From Sphaerodactylus townsendi (lineage: Eukaryota): 64,000 nt of DNA. The stretch covers positions 87,172,001-87,236,000 of the forward strand of contig NC_059430.1 in NCBI RefSeq assembly GCF_021028975.2, given 5' to 3'. Numbering within the stretch: the stretch's first letter is position 1; each line of letters begins with the position of its first letter. This document shows, piece after piece, positions 12,094-25,770 of this stretch. Both the position numbers and the translations under genes were made by a program. The notes under the pieces were generated by a model, which worked only from the letters and a program-made list of their open reading frames with translations, was not told the DNA's origin and ran no database searches.

Positions 12094-13833
12094 GTTGGCT
12101 GAATTTTAATTTCTAATTTGCAAACTTTATATACACGCGGTATTTTTTTTTGAACCTGCTGAGTCACACCCACTCATTGGAATTTCAGTTTATCAGATGG
12201 TTTTGTCCTATTTCATTGCAAATCTCTTGACACTTAATGTATAGGATTTATCATGTCAAAGATCATAAATCAGAAAATGTATCAAGCATCTCAATTTTTT
12301 AAAGAATAGTACTAGATTTTTGGAATTAATTTATGTTTATACTGTTTTTGTAGCCATCCTCCTCTGTAATCTAAATGGCGGAGGGTGTTAATTAAGATGG
12401 CAAAGCCATTCAAGTTTAATCAGTATTAAGGATTGTGGAATATTATTTATACCTTACTGAGCCATGTGCAGCAATATTATCAGTTATCTTGCAACTGATT
12501 GCTTTTAAGTGACTATATATATATTCTTGGTCAAATGTTAGAAACAACTGATTGGATAAAACTGAGGTTTATTTATCCATCATTCTTTACACAATCCCAT
12601 ATACTTGCTGGTCCATCACAAATTAGCAATGGTCCAAGACCTAGCTTTCATCTCCTTTGTGATCTAATGTATAGAATTTAAAGAAATGCTATTGGCAGAA
12701 CAACCTTACCTGTTCCTGTACGGGCCCAGGGCAGCATGCTCAGGAGTTCTATTGCTACAACCACCTAGCCTATTGCTTTTCTAACAACTGATCTGAAAGC
12801 CAAAAAAAGGGGGGGAAGAGGAGGCACCTTCCTCTCAGAACAACTTGACTATTTTTGCTCTGTGGTTGGCACATCACTGCTAGCCCTTCACTGAAATTGA
12901 CCCAGGTATGCAGTATCTCCATCCCTTTCGCTTGTGATTAGTGCTCAAACGTACAGGAAGAGCATATACTTTGCTAGTGCATCAGATTCAACTAACATAG
13001 TGCAAACTCATTATCTGGGTATGATCCTTGCTGTTTGTTATTCAGGAACTTGTAGGGATATGATGGTGAAAGAGGCCTCATTTTTCATGTTGATACTAGG
13101 TCAGAGTACTGATAGTTGGGCAATGTCCCTGTCTGTCTATGTCTGGATTAATTAGTTCATAGGACATGTTCTTTAATTTTGAGATTCTGGCTGGCTTATA
13201 CTGGGTCCTAATGCCTTTGTCTGCCCCCTTCTGAACTGTTGCCTGCTGTCCACATCACGTATGGCTGAGATTCCCAAAGTGCACATCTCAACTGATTCTG
13301 GCCCACTGGCTGCCGTAACTGGTTACTACATTTCTGAACCTCAGGTTTATCAGGGGAAGAGTAACATTAAATTCAACATATTAAATTCAGCAGAAAATTC
13401 AGCACACAGTATGAAATTCTTAAAGCTTACATTCTATAGGTACATTCCAAGGCACTGCCTGAAACCATGTTCTGTATTATGTGACATGCACATGCGAGAT
13501 CGGCTTTATTAGTTGGATATAAGAAGTGAAAAATTAACAAAAGATAGACAAAGGTTGTATCCATTGATTCAAAGAAATGTCTCGAAATGGAATTTCCATG
13601 GAGTTTCTCCCTCCAATTTTATAAGTGGGAACTTATTTATATAATACATTTTGGTCCTGCCTTACCTCCTGGGAGGTCAGACCAGTGTACAACATACTTC
13701 CCTTTTTCATTGTATCCTTGCAACAACTTGTGAGGTAGGCTAGACTGCAAGACGGTGACTGGCTGACGGTCCCTGAGCAATTTTCATGACAAAATAGGGG
13801 TTTCACCTAAGCATCTCAGACTGTAGTCTGCTC

Positions 13834-14901
13834 TAGGGGTGTGCACCCATTTTTTCCTGAATTTTCCTGGTTTGGGTTTCATAGACCCAAAAAGTTTCAG
13901 ATATTTTTAAAAAGCTGGAAAAAACTCATATGGTATGGAGATTTGGCCTTTTCAGGTTTTCTGAAAAATCTTTGTAGGGTTTGAGAAATGGTGGTTTTTT
14001 AAGGTAGAGCCACCAGATTTGCAGCATAGCTGTAGGTGCCTCTTCTTACAGAAACCCCAGGTTTTGTTACGTTTGGGTCAAGTATCTAATTTTATGGGCA
14101 CTCAGTTTTCCTCCATTTTATGGACCCCATGACCCATTCTTAACTGAATGTGATGGCTCTTGTAAGGAGAGACATCTGAAGTTCCAAGGAAAATTTGGCA
14201 TCTCTACCCCACCCCACCCCAAGAGTCCTGGAATTTCACAGTGGTGGGATTCAGCAGGTTTGCACCACTTCGGCAGAACCGGTTGTTAAAATGGTGCTTG
14301 TAAATAACCGAAACCGGTTATTAAATTATTTGAATCCCACCACTACCTGGAAAGATTCACTGTAGGGTAACAATGGAGTTGTTCTCTTTAAACGTTAAAG
14401 AGAACACTTTCCTATGTTAATTGATGGGGAAATTTTGCAGGGCTCTGAGGGGGGCTATTTTTAAGATTAATACACCACATTTTCAGCATTGCTGCAGGAG
14501 TCCCTCCTTACAAGAAAGCCTGAGTTTGGTGAAGATTGGATCAGGGAGTCCAATTTTGGGGGGCCCCACATTTTTCTTCATAGTAAACACATGGGACACC
14601 CTCTGTAGGAACCATAAAATTAGACTCCCTGATCCAATCTTCACCACACTTGTGTGTTTGTGTGTGTGTGTGTGGGGGGGGGTTCTTATAAGGAGAGTCA
14701 CCTACAGGTACGATGCATATTTGGTGCCTGTGCCTCAAAACACAACCTTCCCAGAGCCCTTGCAAAATCTGAAAAAATGGCTTTTTCTGGCTTTGCCTTT
14801 TTAGCTCCATTAAAATGGTGCCTCTTTTTTTCTGGCTGAAAAAAGCCAAAAAAGTCTTCGTTGTCGTTTTTCAGTTCAGCATATCCAAATGCAAACCCCT
14901 G
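13834..14901. mobile_element. Non-autonomous hAT (TAGGGGTGTGCA ends) inserted in a SINE
   Basis: TIR TAGGGGTGTGCA / TGCAAACCCCTG; TSD GTCTGCTC/GTCTGCAC; SINE sequence continues on both sides; contains the nested MITE at 14239-14345. Confidence 0.75.
14239..14345. mobile_element. Nested hAT MITE (CAGTGGTGGGATTCA family)
   Basis: TIR CAGTGGTGGGATTCA / TGAATCCCACCACTA; homologous to 1791-1926. Confidence 0.75.
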
Positions 14902-15271
14902 GTCTGCACCAGTTCCATATCTGCTGGTTGATGGCTATTATGACATACAGTATTTAAGAAGTTAGATAATTATTTGTTTAAAAGCCATAAACCCTACTTT
15001 TTAATGAGTTGGCTTCCGAATTCACCGTTCCTAAGCAGAGTTATCACCTTCAAAGCCTATTTACTTCAGTGGATTTAGAATGGTATTCCTCTGCTGGAGA
15101 TGGCACTAAAAATTGTCTTACAGTTACAAATAATCTACCATTCTTGGCAGATCAAAGCAGAATAAGAAACATGGCTTCATATGGAGAATGACTTCTGGCT
15201 CATCGGAGGGCATGTGATGTTAAAGTTTTTTTCCTGAGTCCTCTGGTTGTGTTACAGTTCTTACATGTAGC

Positions 15272-15436
15272 CAGAGGTGGGATCCAACCAGTTCTCACCA
15301 CTTCTCTGCCGAGAAGGGGTTACTGAAGCAACCTCCCTGCCCAATAGGGACTGGAGGTGCGTGTGTGCAGCGGCACCACTGTTTGAATCCCACCACCATC
15401 GGACCCGGTTATTAAAATTTTTGGATCCCACCACTG
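15272..15436. mobile_element. hAT MITE
   Basis: TIR CAGAGGTGGGATCCAA / TTGGATCCCACCACTG; exact 8-bp TSD CATGTAGC. Confidence 0.9.
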
Positions 15437-15729
15437 CATGTAGCCATCACATTCCATGCTCAAGAAAAAGAATAAGTTAGAAATATATGGTATAAACCAA
15501 ACGAAGTACAGTACTTCTTATTGATTTCAGTCACAGAATTAAGTGCACACTTAAACCTCTTTGGCTGTACCGCTGGTAGTTTTTTTTAATGCAGTTTACA
15601 TTTGCCTGTGGAGCAGCAGAAGGGATGGAGGAAGCCTTCTCATTTGTGAACTGTTTCCACTGTGCTTTGTGCTGTGATGTGCAGTCTCATAAGCTTCTTT
15701 AAAATTTCTACTCTCCATGCAGTGAAATA

Positions 15730-16720
15730 AACATGTCATAAATCAACAATCAATTAAAAAAACACTTACAGAAAAGCAGTCATTTACAACCATAAATTTC
15801 AGAGCTTATTACATTGCCTGTTCCATACAAAATAAAACTTCAAGCCATGCTTGATCAATAACCTCATATGTCCTTTTGAAATGCTGTTAGTCAGATAAGA
15901 ATGTAATAAACTTTAACCTTGTCTTAAAAAATTCTCCTTGTAATTTTCTTCAACTTTCAAAGTCTTGCCAAGATCAGTCTAGCAGTTGTAACTACATACA
16001 GAGATACTTCCCTATATTTCTTAGGCACCAAAGCTACATAATTTAATAATAAGAACTCTGGAGTAATTTCAGTATTGTATCTAATTCGTCATGAAAGCAT
16101 GATCATGACTGTTTCCCAGAATGTCAACACCCATAATAATATTTCCATCCCATGTGTATAAAGTCAACGTGTGGTTCATTACAGTACCAACAGTAATTAT
16201 TAAGGCCCAGACATATTCTCACAATTCTAGTGGATAAAAGATGGTGTAAAAATGCATTTGTAAAGCATTTACCCTTTGTCCTAGGACTATAGAGAATTAG
16301 AGTCCCGTAGACATGATAAAGGTTCGGACTCTACTATCACCTTCATACTGTAATGCCAGTTGCCATTTCTTTACAAATTCAAATCATCAACCTCACACAG
16401 AAGCTCGTAGCAATTTATACAATAGTGATAAAGAGTCATTACAGTTAGAGATTATAATTATCTCAAAGGGGGTCTTCCCAATTCCCCTTTATAAATTCTT
16501 GCCGTGAGCAAGCTATTCACCTGGAAATGCTGAAATACTGGAATTCCACCAGTACTCTTATCAGCTATATATCCATAGTCTGTGATCTTTTACTAACTGA
16601 CAGATCGGTCAATCCCAGCAGTTTCTCATCATGAGCAATCTTTAATGTTCCAGCCAGACCTGGTTGCCAGGTCTCTTGCCACAGATGTTAATACTGAACA
16701 TCTGGGAAATAATTTACCAA
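15730..16720 (-). mobile_element. Decayed L1/Tx1-like 3' fragment
   Basis: Minus strand DFIHMGW...FWETV near 16165-16105 resembles the L1 ORF2 C-terminal CCHC region (HMxWxC...FW). Confidence 0.55.
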
Positions 16721-16869
16721 TATATTAAGTCCAAGTTGCCATTATAGAATTAATGCTACTACTATCCTGTTGATAATAAAAATCCCTCTCTGATTTTTTT
16801 TTAACTGAAGCAGCTCCTTTTTTTTTAACTGAAGCAGAGCCCTCCAGGGATGGGGCGGTATAAAAGCCT

Positions 16870-16907
16870 AATAAAATAATAATTAATAAATAAATAAATA
16901 AATAAAT
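16870..16907 (+). repeat. (TAAA)n microsatellite, probable retroposon tail
   Basis: Visible tandem array following ggggcggtataaaag. Confidence 0.8.
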
Positions 16908-17805
16908 CAGTGAAATAGTAACAAATAGTTCAAGCAGCTTTGACTCAGGTTCTGTATTATCAAACTGAGATAACAGCAGTTTACACTAGGGATATATTGG
17001 TTATAGCCAACCCTCGTTGATCCCATTTTCTTTCAGCCACATTCCAAACTAATCTTGGTTTCTTTTTTTGCCATTTAAGTTGTTACAGATGCTTTGCCAT
17101 TCTTTTAACCTGATACAGAAGGATTTATTTTGGCAATAATAGCATCCTAAAGGAAAGTGTGGTCTCCTTAAATCTTTTCAACAATGTACTGAGGTTCATG
17201 GGATAATTTCCTAGATAATCACAACAACTTTAAATTAAATTGGCTGACCTAGTCATTTAGCTCTGAGTGAACAAGGATACAGAAGAAGCATTAATATCTT
17301 TACATACGTATAATTAAGATAAGAACCCTAATATTTTACATGGCTAAACACAGTTCCTCAACTGGTTTTGCAAAGGAGATAGTATCATGACTGGTCCTAG
17401 TCCTGGGCCTCTCCTGCCAGAAAGATGTCTGAAAAAAATTAGGAATTTATACCTTTAAATGTCTTAAATGTGCTAAATGGTGCACTTTTATATGCTAACA
17501 AAGTTATGAATGATGCATTTTTGTATTCTTGACATGGTGAAATAAGTATAGCTTTGATAAGAAGTTAGTATTGCATATATTTCAAGTTTCCTCAAATGTG
17601 CAGCTTTTTTACTGTGGAGTGTGTGTGTTTTTGAACCACTCTCAGTGGTTCAAAATTTTCATAAAATGTACCTCTTTACTTGTACATGTTACATCATCTG
17701 CATAGAGCAGCCATCATACAGAAAGTGTATCCAGTGGTCTCCATGTAAGATTGGGGGGGCGGGTTTGAACAGGTGGTTTTGAATGCACAATAAATTAGCC
17801 TACAT

Positions 17806-17990
17806 CAGTGATTCTCAACCTGGGAGTCGGGACCCCTTTGGGGGTCGAACGACCCTTTCACATGGGTCGCCTAAGACTCTCTGCATCAATGTTCTCCATC
17901 TGTAAAATGGATAAATGTTAGGGTTGGGGTCACCCCAACATGAGGAACTGTGTTAAAGGGTCACGGCATTAGGAAGGTTGAGAACCACTG
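17806..17990. mobile_element. SPIN (Space Invaders) non-autonomous hAT element
   Basis: TIR CAGTGATTCTCAACCT / AGGTTGAGAACCACTG, exact 8-bp TSD GCCTACAT; gacccctttgggggtcgaacgaccctttcac and catgaggaactg..ttaaagggtcacggcattaggaagg match my recall of the SPIN/URR1 consensus. Confidence 0.9.
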
Positions 17991-20423
17991 GCCTACATTC
18001 TCATTCTACATTCATGGTCAGTTTTTTAGTTGAATTATTTAAATCTAACACATGAAATTTAATTTAAATAGTAGTTTAAGAAGTAGTTTAACAAACAATA
18101 ATTCTACCCAGGTGTTTTGTCTAGTTGTGAAAAAAAACTTCACCCTAAATCTCCTCACACTCAAATCTATGTAACTGTTTAATTCTAAATATGGCAATTA
18201 CTCTTGTTAAGTACATTACTGTCCATAGATTAGAGTTTAGAGTTTATTAACACTGGATTACTCCATCAATCTACTATCAGATTTAAAATATAAAAATTCC
18301 AGGTAGTAATGTAACTCATGCCACAACACCATAGTATGCAATGTATGACTCTGTACACGATGATGTTTTAATTAATTTTTTCCATTCCAATTTCTCTTTC
18401 TCTTCTCATATGTATCTAATCTGTTTGCATTGCCTAGGTTTCAATTGAAAACCTCTTCTTTTTCTCAAAGGAATTATCTGTCGGGGCAAAAATAATTACT
18501 TAACATATTACAGTCATTAAATATTTGGCTGCTGATGGGGCAAGGCAGTTTCTGTCTATAAATGATTGTTTAGTTTCCTTTTAAAATTCACTTTGCATTT
18601 CTGTTATCCAACCAACTACTCTGACTGGTTTTTTTATTTAAAAAAACCCATCCAGCTGGGTGGGCTAAGTGACAACCCTTAATGGAGGAAATTGATGACA
18701 GTCCATTCATGGGAAGGTGCAGGCACACTGGGCAGATTTCTTTCCATCTGCCACCAGCCCTTTGCAAGCTGACATTGCCCAAATGCCTGAAATACTCATT
18801 TCAGTATAATTGGAATCACCAAAAATAAATTGTGAAGTTAACAGCTGTCTGAAAGGATAATCATGTCCATTGGGCCACTGAGAGATATTAGGGGGAGGTG
18901 CATCCGTGTTCACCTTTGCGTTGTTGTGGGGTTTTTTTTGAAAGCCTGATTAAGTTCTGATAGTGGAGACAGCAAATGCTTTGAAAGCCCAGCGGAAAAG
19001 TCACTAACATGGGAGCAAACTTGGAAAGATGTGGCCCATTGCCAAAACTCAAAATCTATTAGACTGAGGAATTTAACACGGATATTTCCTGTTGATGCTT
19101 CTCTGATTGGCAAAACTGTATCATTTAGATACACTGTGCTCTGCTTCCCAAGCCGTGAAAAACTACATAGGCGAAGAAATTTGGGGGGGAAGCTATATTT
19201 TATTGACTTTCAGTTTTGCACATAAAAACAGATGAAGGAGAGTAAGATTTAAAACTTTGGATGTAATGCACATGTTCCATCTAAAAAAATATTTCAGCCT
19301 CAGGGGGTTTTGTGTTCATTCCCTGCATTTCACTACCTTCCATTGTTTTGATCAAAATTGATCATGTCTGTTTGACTCATTTATAAACCTCAATTTCTAT
19401 ACTACCATATATGTAATAAGAGAGGCAAAGTGACTCTATCATTTGGGCAAAGTGTAAGATTTGCAGTCTTTTTCAAGATCTACCTTGAATGACTGTTTTG
19501 TCTTCTTTATATGACTTTCTTTCTGTTCAATCTTTCCTCCTTTTTACTGGAGGGCTTTTCGATTGTTCAGACTGTAGATGGTACCACCACTGGACAGCTC
19601 ACATAACCATTTGGTTGGTAGCACTTGTAGTGATCCTGTGTTGGATGAAAGATCTACATGCCATGGTTAAATCAGTCTTGTATGTGCTGAGGATACCATG
19701 TACACCACGTAACATGGATTTTTTTTTGTCACCCAATCACCGCTACAGATTTTCAGATAGCAATAGTAATAAGAATGCAGTTCCTGTCCCTCTCTGCAAG
19801 GATTTGGTAGAAGTAAGGGTGTTTGCTAGTGGCTTGCAGGGGAGAGGGGTTTTGTATGGTGAGTACCAAGATCCTTGACCCAAAGACCTGAGGGAACATA
19901 AGCAAGTGTTTGGCAAGGAGGAACTTAAATGATACATTTGACTATCTTAGTTCAGAAATTGTGTGGACAAATTCAGTAGCATGTTGGGCAACAAGTGCTC
20001 TCCAGCATTTCTGGTCTTGGGTAAGTATATCAGCCTCTTCCCATGCATACCCAGATAATAGGGATATGTAAATAGAAAATGTCTTCACTCTTCAGCATTT
20101 TGAGTAATTGCCCATATGGTAAAATGAAACTTTATGTATTTGTGAAAAATATTACAGTAGACACTCACTGTTTCAGGGAATTAATTCCTGGGATCATCGT
20201 AAATGGCAGAATACACAAATAGTGGGTGGCAGGGTTTTACTGCTTTCCAGTAGCAACCCTCTCCCCCTCTACATTTCCCATGAAATGTAATGGCTGTCAT
20301 GATTACAGTGATGATGTGGTAGGAACAAAAATGTTACATAATCAAATTGTGGTCCGCAAATAACGGAAAAAGCAAGTCACAAATACACAAATGGCAAGGG
20401 GGTACTGCAAAGGTGGTGTAGCA

Positions 20424-20596
20424 AATGGTGTAGCCTGATTTCATTAGAGCTCGTAAGCTAAGCCAGGTTGGTACTTGGAACGGAGACCTCCAAGGAAGAG
20501 TCTGCAGAGGAAAGCAGTGACAAAAAACCTCTTTGTAATAACTTTCCTTGAAAGCCCCTTGCTGGGGTCGCCGTAAGTTGACTGTAACTTTAGGGC
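20424..20596 (+). mobile_element. 5S rRNA-derived SINE (5S-Sauria/RTE-tailed)
   Basis: aagctaagc...ggtacttggaacggagacc matches 5S A/C boxes; RTE-like tail ggggtcgccgtaagt. Confidence 0.7.
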
Positions 20597-20627
20597 TCTT
20601 TACACTCATAGATACGTTCCTTGGGAC

Positions 20628-21778
20628 CAGAGGCATTCCCCCTTGTGGTGGGCGCCAAAAATGCAGGTTCGTTTGTGGGATTTTTTTGTATTTTCAGTGT
20701 TTTTTCTGTTTTTGGCCTGCAGGGGGCACAGTTTTTAGACTAGCAGCACCAATATTTCAGGGATTTTTCAGGAGAGTCTCCTGATGATATCACCCAGGTT
20801 TGGTGAGGTTTGGTTGAGGGGGTCCAAAGTTATGAACTTCCAAAGGGAGTGCCCCATCCCCCATTGTTTCCAATGGGAGCTAATAGGAGATGGGGGCTAC
20901 ACCTTTTAGGGTTCATAACTTTGGACCCCCTGAACCAAACTTCACCAAACCTAGATGGTATCATCAATAGGGGCTCACGAAGATACTCTGAAATTTTTGT
21001 GCTGCTATCTTAATAATTGCACCCCTAACAGCAGGCACCCCTAAATTTCCCCAGATTATCCTTTTAAATCCACCCCCTTCCTGCCAGTGCTTGTTTTCTT
21101 TCTTTCTTTTATTCTCTCAATGCCTAATAAAGATTATTATTATTATTATTATTATTAAATCCACTTCCTTCAGCATGGATTTAAAGGGAGAATCTGAGGT
21201 CCCCAGTTTTAACATTGAATGGGATGCTGTTTCAGGGTGGAGAATCCACCCCAAGATAGCATCACCTTCAATGTTGTTTAAACTGGGGACCCCAGATTCT
21301 CCCTTTAAGGTGGATTTAAAAGGAGAATCTGGGCTCCCTAGTTTAAACACCATTGAAAATGATGCTGTTTGGGGGTGGATTCCAGCATCACTTGTTTAAA
21401 CTAGGGAGCTCAGATTCTCCTTTTAAATCCACCTTAAAGGGAGAATCTGGGCTCCCCAGTTTAAATAACATTGAAAGTGATGCTGTTTCCCCCAATTGGG
21501 AGGACTGGATACAACACCATAAAATGTTTTCATAGCAGTAATAAAGCATTTTGAAAGCATTTTGAAATTGTTTTCAAAAATATATTTGTGCTGTGTGGCA
21601 TGGCCCATTGCTGTGTTCAGATTTGTGAGTTGGGACATGTTCTATAATGTGATGGTGACTTTGAAAGGACCTGGTGGAAAAAATCATTGTTTGGTCACGG
21701 TGGGGGAGGGTGGCTCCCCATGGGGGGCATCAAACTCAGGTTTTGCCCAAGGCTCCAGTTTGCCTAGGTACGCCACTG
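20628..21778 (+). mobile_element. Non-autonomous hAT element, copy 2
   Basis: CAGAGGCAT...ACGCCACTG termini, exact TSD CTTGGGAC; homologous to 6875-8211; (ATT)n insertion at about 21133-21156. Confidence 0.9.
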
Positions 21779-23389
21779 CTTGGGACAGATAGATGTGCAG
21801 TCTCTTGCTAATTGTTATTCTAATAAATGTGTTATTCAAATACATATTTTCTCAGTTCTGCTGCTGCTATTTTGTTCTTTCTTGTGCAATACCTATGTGC
21901 CAGCCATTGTACATATAGACTACATAATCCCTGTTTAGAAAGCCCTACATTCCAAGGACTATTTCACATGGACAGATTGGTGGATATTTTGTCTGCCCTT
22001 TTAATATCCCTCATATATGAAGAGAGTACATGTTTCATTTCACTTTAATTTATATGCAAACATCATTGTTGGCTTCCTGCTACATAGCTAATATGAAATC
22101 TGTGTATTACCTTCTCCATGCATTACGGGAACAATTGTGGACACCTGTGATGCAAATTCTTTGCTGCTCCTTCAGTTTCTCCAGACTTCCCTTCTAGCTT
22201 CTCAAAACAATCCCTCCAGAACGGTTCATTTTTATTACTACTGGTTTGCATTTAATTAAGCTAAACTCTTGACCAAATTTATAGTCACTGATCTACCCAA
22301 GTATATGTATCTTGTGTTTACAAAAATGATGAACAGGCAGGCGTTTCCCATCTGTACCATGCAGGAAGGCATTTCAAATCTTAATGGGTTCCTGGCAGGC
22401 TGTCCTCTTTGGCTACTGTCTGTGACCTGATGATGAACAGACAAATGTACCTTTGGCTCTGTTGTGCTTCCTACCGCAATATGACAATGTTTCAGTGCCG
22501 ACTGACATTATCAGTTTTTGCTGCACAGATCACCAATGCCTCAGACTTTTGAGAGATGACTTCCCAAAGATGTGCTTTCTGACCACCCCTTCGCAACCTG
22601 TCCTAATTTTATCACTCTTGGTTGGGCACAATATTCACTAAGGGGCTGGTGAAATGAAAGAATTATCATGACAAGAATGATCCTGTGCAGGTACAAGTGA
22701 TGTTACAGCCAAAACAACATTACTTTTAAGTGAAGCTGTTGCCCAGGTTTCATTACTTTATTATATGTTTTTCTCAAACTGAGTCAGGGCAGGGGATATT
22801 CTTTCCTTCTTAAAAGTATCCATTGATGAACTCATCACTAGATGCACACTCAAATTCAACAATTCTTTCCCCTGTTGAAGTAACTGTAGAAAACAGTTAT
22901 TTGGCATCGCAAAAAGACTCAATTGATTCATAAACAAGCATGAAGCCATTGCAATGGGACCAAAGGCAATGTCCCATCCTACATTGTCCTGTATTAAACT
23001 TGTTTGAAGCACCTATTGTCTTGAAGAATCTACCACAGAAGATTCCCTTATATGAAGAATCTTCTCATACTGGAGAATCTTGATTTTCTGCACACTTACC
23101 TTGCAGTGTTACTCATTATTGGACTTATTGCATTTATCTGTTCTCCTACAGCTTCTTGTGCTTGTCAGTTTCAGTTCATTCCATTTGTGGTTTGTATACT
23201 GTTATTATATTGTTGTTATATTGCTTTTGCCTTCTATTATGCCTTTGTTTTGGATATAAGTGTTTCCTCTGACTTCTTAATATATGTCGATGCAGTAGCC
23301 TTTTGTGTGGGTGGGTTGGGGGCGGAGGCTGTTTGTTGTTGATAACAAAAGGGATTGGGCCAGGGACCACCAACAAGCTGTAATTCATA

Positions 23390-24430
23390 CAGCAAAGTAC
23401 TCTCTTGGGGATGTATTTGAAGAGGTGGTCTTGCAGGTATGAGGGTCCCAGCCACTCAGGGCTTTAAAGGTTAACATCAAAACCTTGAACCTGATCCAGT
23501 ACTCCACTGGTAACCAATGCAGAACCATCACAGTGCTCCAGTAAGGAGCTACACAACTGCATTCTGAACAAGTTGGATTTCTGAATCAGTCTCAGGGGTA
23601 ACCTAGCACAGAGCGAGTACAGTAGTCCAGCCTAGAAGTGGCTGTTCCATTGATCACTGTAGCTAGGTCAGAGCACATCAAGTAGGGGGGCAGTAACCTG
23701 ACCTGGTATAGATGATGAAATTTCCAAACCACAAATATAGAGTGAGGTGTAGTGGAAAAATATAGAAAAAATCCAGCAAACCTACTGTACCATGGCTATG
23801 AACAACCATTTATCAAAGAGACAATTAAGGTGCTAGTTTAATAAATAGCAGTGTAACTGTGCATACAACAATATTCCAATCACAAACCATATCCAAAAAG
23901 GAATAAACAACCCATGTACAATACAACAAATGTCCCAAAACAATAAGAGTATAAGGCATGTGTCAAAGCGCACTCTCCTGGACAAGTACTAGAATCTTGA
24001 TAGCATAATTACAGTCTTTATCATCAAATCAAGACGTCTTTGTGGTAATTGCCTGTTTCGTGGCAGCTTGTCCACTTTGTTAGTGACACATTATTCTTGC
24101 TTGCCCATGACACAATATTCTCACTTGCCCATGGATGGAATAATACAGTTCAAGCATATCATTTACAGCTCGTAGTATTGTAGCTAATGTGCCTCTGGTA
24201 TCTGGGCTAAGCCTCAAAATTTCATCTTATCAATTGCTCACAGGCAAGCACAAATAGTGTGTCACAAAGCACTGGTGACAGCCCAACTCTGGAAAAGGGG
24301 GCACAGGTAGATGTTGAACAGCATTGGGAGAGGATTGCCTTTTGTGGGACACCACACAGCAATGGATATTGTGGTGATGTTCTTTCCCCTAGCACCACCC
24401 TCTGTCTCCAGCCCTGAAGAAATGGGATCA
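23390..24430 (-). mobile_element. L2 LINE fragments (23390-23722, 24290-24430) interrupted by a Penelope-like segment
   Basis: Minus strand DLATVI...TSRLDYC (L2 ORF2) and a frameshifted GVPQ.AILS/PMLFNIYL (RT motif). Confidence 0.75.
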
Positions 24431-25624
24431 GCTACTGTAAGGCTGTTCCATGCTGTTTTACTTTTTGTTCTAGTAGCAGGAAGAGCTTGAGTCTTTTGCT
24501 ACTATTTCTCAAATTCTTCACAGAAAATGTTATGGAATGTTTCCAAGTATAATAGAGTTGTGTGAATTGGCCCTTTATTTTTAGGGCTAAAACTGTTCAA
24601 CTGCATCTGTTGTTATTGCAGTATTTGCACTGAAACATTTGCTTCTGTTTTTGCTGTACTCCCCAGGCCTACTGCAACCAAAATTTATGGTACCCCGATC
24701 TCTGCCAACAAAACTGTGAACAAATAATCAAACAAAGTAATATATTATCTCTGTTAATATCCTGTTCGAAAAGACATTTCTGAAACACAAACCAGACTAA
24801 TTCCTAGATTGCCCAGAAAGTCTTGCATCATTTTTTTCATCTGTGATACTAAATTCTGTGTTTTGTATAGTTTCTCTGAGTTTTTCTTTCATGAGAGAAG
24901 GGATTTTCTTACTGACTCTACTTAGCTGTTAAATTATTGAATTCTTTGCTGGCAAAAGTTGAAATTATTTCTCAGCTTCTTACCATTCTGCTCAAATCAG
25001 CCATAACTAATTAGTGAACTCTGATTAGGATACTCTAATGAAAAAAAACTTTTCTGGGATTAGTGTGGTTGAAAAATTCAGAGATTTGGATAGTGCATCT
25101 TTAGAATGAAGGCAGAGTTGTACACTTTAGGTTTAGGAGGACTTATGGATTATACAAATACAACTTTGACACAATGCTGCTATAGCCCTGAATGATTAAG
25201 ATGGTATTGCTCAACAGAACTGAACAAAGATTCTCTTTGGGCAATGTGGTTAGCATGGTAAAGCACTGGAATTTTTTATATAGTACACTTCAACAGTGCT
25301 ATGTATTGGGCAGTCATTTATAGTACAAGAGTTACTATGGTCTCAGCCTGTTGGTTTCACTGGGTTTAGAGTACAGTTACTCTGCATAGAATTACACTGT
25401 TAAATTTGTTCCTTTAAGATGTGACTAAAAAGAGTTATGTTGGGAGCAACTCTAAAGCTATCTGAAAATGTACAGCACTGATGAATGATTAGATGCAGGA
25501 CAATTAAATGCGTTCTTTCTCTTTGGCTGAGCTTCTTTAACCAGTCAATGGCTAAATGTATAAAAAGATGCTCATACAAAACCAATTTAACCATATACCT
25601 CCTGTGCATTCATTTTATCTACAG

Positions 25625-25770
25625 CATAGCTGTCAGTCAGATGGAAATGCAATTTATTTCCATGGAACCGAAGGCAGTGAGTTAAATTTTGCCACAACAC
25701 GAGATGTAGATCTTTCTACTGAAGATGCCCAGGAGCAATGGGCAGAAGAGTTTGAGAGCCAGCCCAAAGG
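25625..25770 (+). CDS. RELN: Reelin exon (about exon 11), 146 nt
   Basis: ctacag| ... AAAGG|gtgagt; [48 protein letters not shown](G). Confidence 0.97.

Noticed and set aside
7485-21792. Repeated peptide motifs (FKLGSPDSPFKSTLKGES; RLAAP.FQG)
   Set aside because: Incidental translations of internal repeats of the hAT element; frames and stops differ between copies.
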